DNA of 410 nucleotides from Escherichia coli (GTDB lineage Bacteria; Pseudomonadota; Gammaproteobacteria; Enterobacterales; Enterobacteriaceae): NCBI RefSeq assembly GCF_003334305.1, contig NZ_QOWS01000078.1; one strand, 5' to 3'. Shown piece by piece: positions 1 to 410 of this stretch (position 1 is its first letter; each line of letters starts with the position of its first letter). The notes under the pieces were generated by a model. It saw only the letters and a program-made list of their open reading frames with translations, ran no database searches and was not told where the DNA came from. The position numbers and the translations under genes were made by a program.

Positions 1-410
1 CTGGATATCGATATCCCGTATGCGACGGACCCGGCAGGAAACCGGCTGCCGGACCCGGAACTGCACCCGGACAGCACGCTCACGGCGTGGCCGGATAACC
101 GCATCGCGGAAGATGCGCACTATGTCTACCGCCACGATGAATACGGCAGGCTGGCGGAGAAGACGGACCTCATCCCGGAAGGGGTTATCCGGATGCACGA
201 CGAGCGGACCCACCACTACCATTACGACAGCCAGCACCGTCTGGTGTTCTACACGCGGATACAGCACGGCGAACCACAGGTGGAGAGCCGGTACCTCTAT
301 GACCCGCTGGGCCGCCGGACGGGAAAACGGGTATGGCGGCGGGAGCGTGACCTGACGGGGTGGATGTCGCTGTCGCGTAAACCGGAGGAGACCTGGTACG
401 GGTGGGACGG
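1..410 (+). CDS. Rhs-family / YD-repeat protein, conserved core region (internal fragment, partial at both 5' and 3' ends; frame 1, codon 1 = nt 1-3)
   Basis: Seen in sequence: frame +1 is open for all 136 complete codons with no stop. Codon usage is typical of a real enterobacterial-type gene (ctg, ccg, gcg, acg, cgg preferred). The translation contains three canonical YD-repeat motifs and the stretch [38 protein letters not shown], which I recognise from memory as the late core of E. coli Rhs proteins (RhsA/B/C-type). High GC (about 64%) fits Rhs cores. The paralog cannot be assigned from 410 bp, so no gene symbol is given. Confidence 0.93.
   Translation, partial: MDIDIPYATDPAGNRLPDPELHPDSTLTAWPDNRIAEDAHYVYRHDEYGRLAEKTDLIPEGVIRMHDERTHHYHYDSQHRLVFYTRIQHGEPQVESRYLYDPLGRRTGKRVWRRERDLTGWMSLSRKPEETWYGWD
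121..153 (+). other. YD-repeat motif (protein-level) [11 protein letters not shown]
   Basis: Frame +1 translation of nt 121-153 gives [11 protein letters not shown], a variant of the Rhs/YD repeat consensus (Y.YD..GRL). Confidence 0.75.
217..243 (+). other. YD-repeat motif (protein-level) YHYDSQHRL
   Basis: Frame +1 translation of nt 217-243 gives Y-H-Y-D-S-Q-H-R-L, matching the Y.YD...RL repeat pattern. Confidence 0.75.
292..318 (+). other. YD-repeat motif (protein-level) YLYDPLGRR
   Basis: Frame +1 translation of nt 292-318 gives Y-L-Y-D-P-L-G-R-R, a near-consensus YD repeat (Y.YD..GR.). Confidence 0.8.

Noticed and set aside
20-355. Supplied 111-aa ORF in frame +2 ([14 protein letters not shown]...)
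   Set aside because: Arg/Thr-rich low-complexity product with no recognisable domain. It lies entirely inside the frame +1 Rhs reading frame and is the expected artefact of reading GC-rich coding DNA out of frame.
193-366. In-frame ATG codons at nt 193-195 and 364-366 as possible internal translation starts
   Set aside because: Frame +1 is open and clearly coding upstream of both (YD motifs at 121-153 and 217-318). No convincing Shine-Dalgarno context is evident, so these are internal Met codons.
1-410. Promoter, terminator, tRNA/ncRNA, CRISPR repeats or mobile-element termini
   Set aside because: No AT-rich -10/-35-like region, no GC-stem plus U-tract terminator, no tandem direct repeats with spacers and no IS-type terminal inverted repeats. 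The window is uniformly GC-rich coding sequence.
1-410. Antisense (minus-strand) gene
   Set aside because: The six-frame track reports no minus-strand ORF, and the plus-strand frame +1 explains the full window.
1-410. A novel, previously undescribed system within this window
   Set aside because: The frame +1 translation matches a well-characterised protein family (Rhs / YD-repeat core). Nothing in these 410 bp is unexplained by that; any novelty would be in the downstream variable tip and immunity region, which is not visible here.

Overview
The whole 410-bp window is an internal fragment of an Rhs-family (YD-repeat) polymorphic-toxin core gene, read on the + strand in frame 1 (codons starting at nt 1). 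That frame is open across the entire window with no start or stop codon. Its translation is [137 protein letters not shown], carrying recognisable YD-repeat motifs ([29 protein letters not shown]) and closely resembling the late core of enterobacterial Rhs proteins as I remember them. GC content is about 64% by hand count (263/410). The supplied frame-2 ORF (20..355) is an out-of-frame, Arg/Thr-rich artefact of this GC-rich coding sequence. I see no RNA gene, CRISPR array, promoter, terminator or mobile-element boundary. I do not see a previously undescribed system inside this window: it is conserved Rhs core. The variable part of an rhs locus (C-terminal toxin tip and immunity gene) would lie downstream, outside the window.
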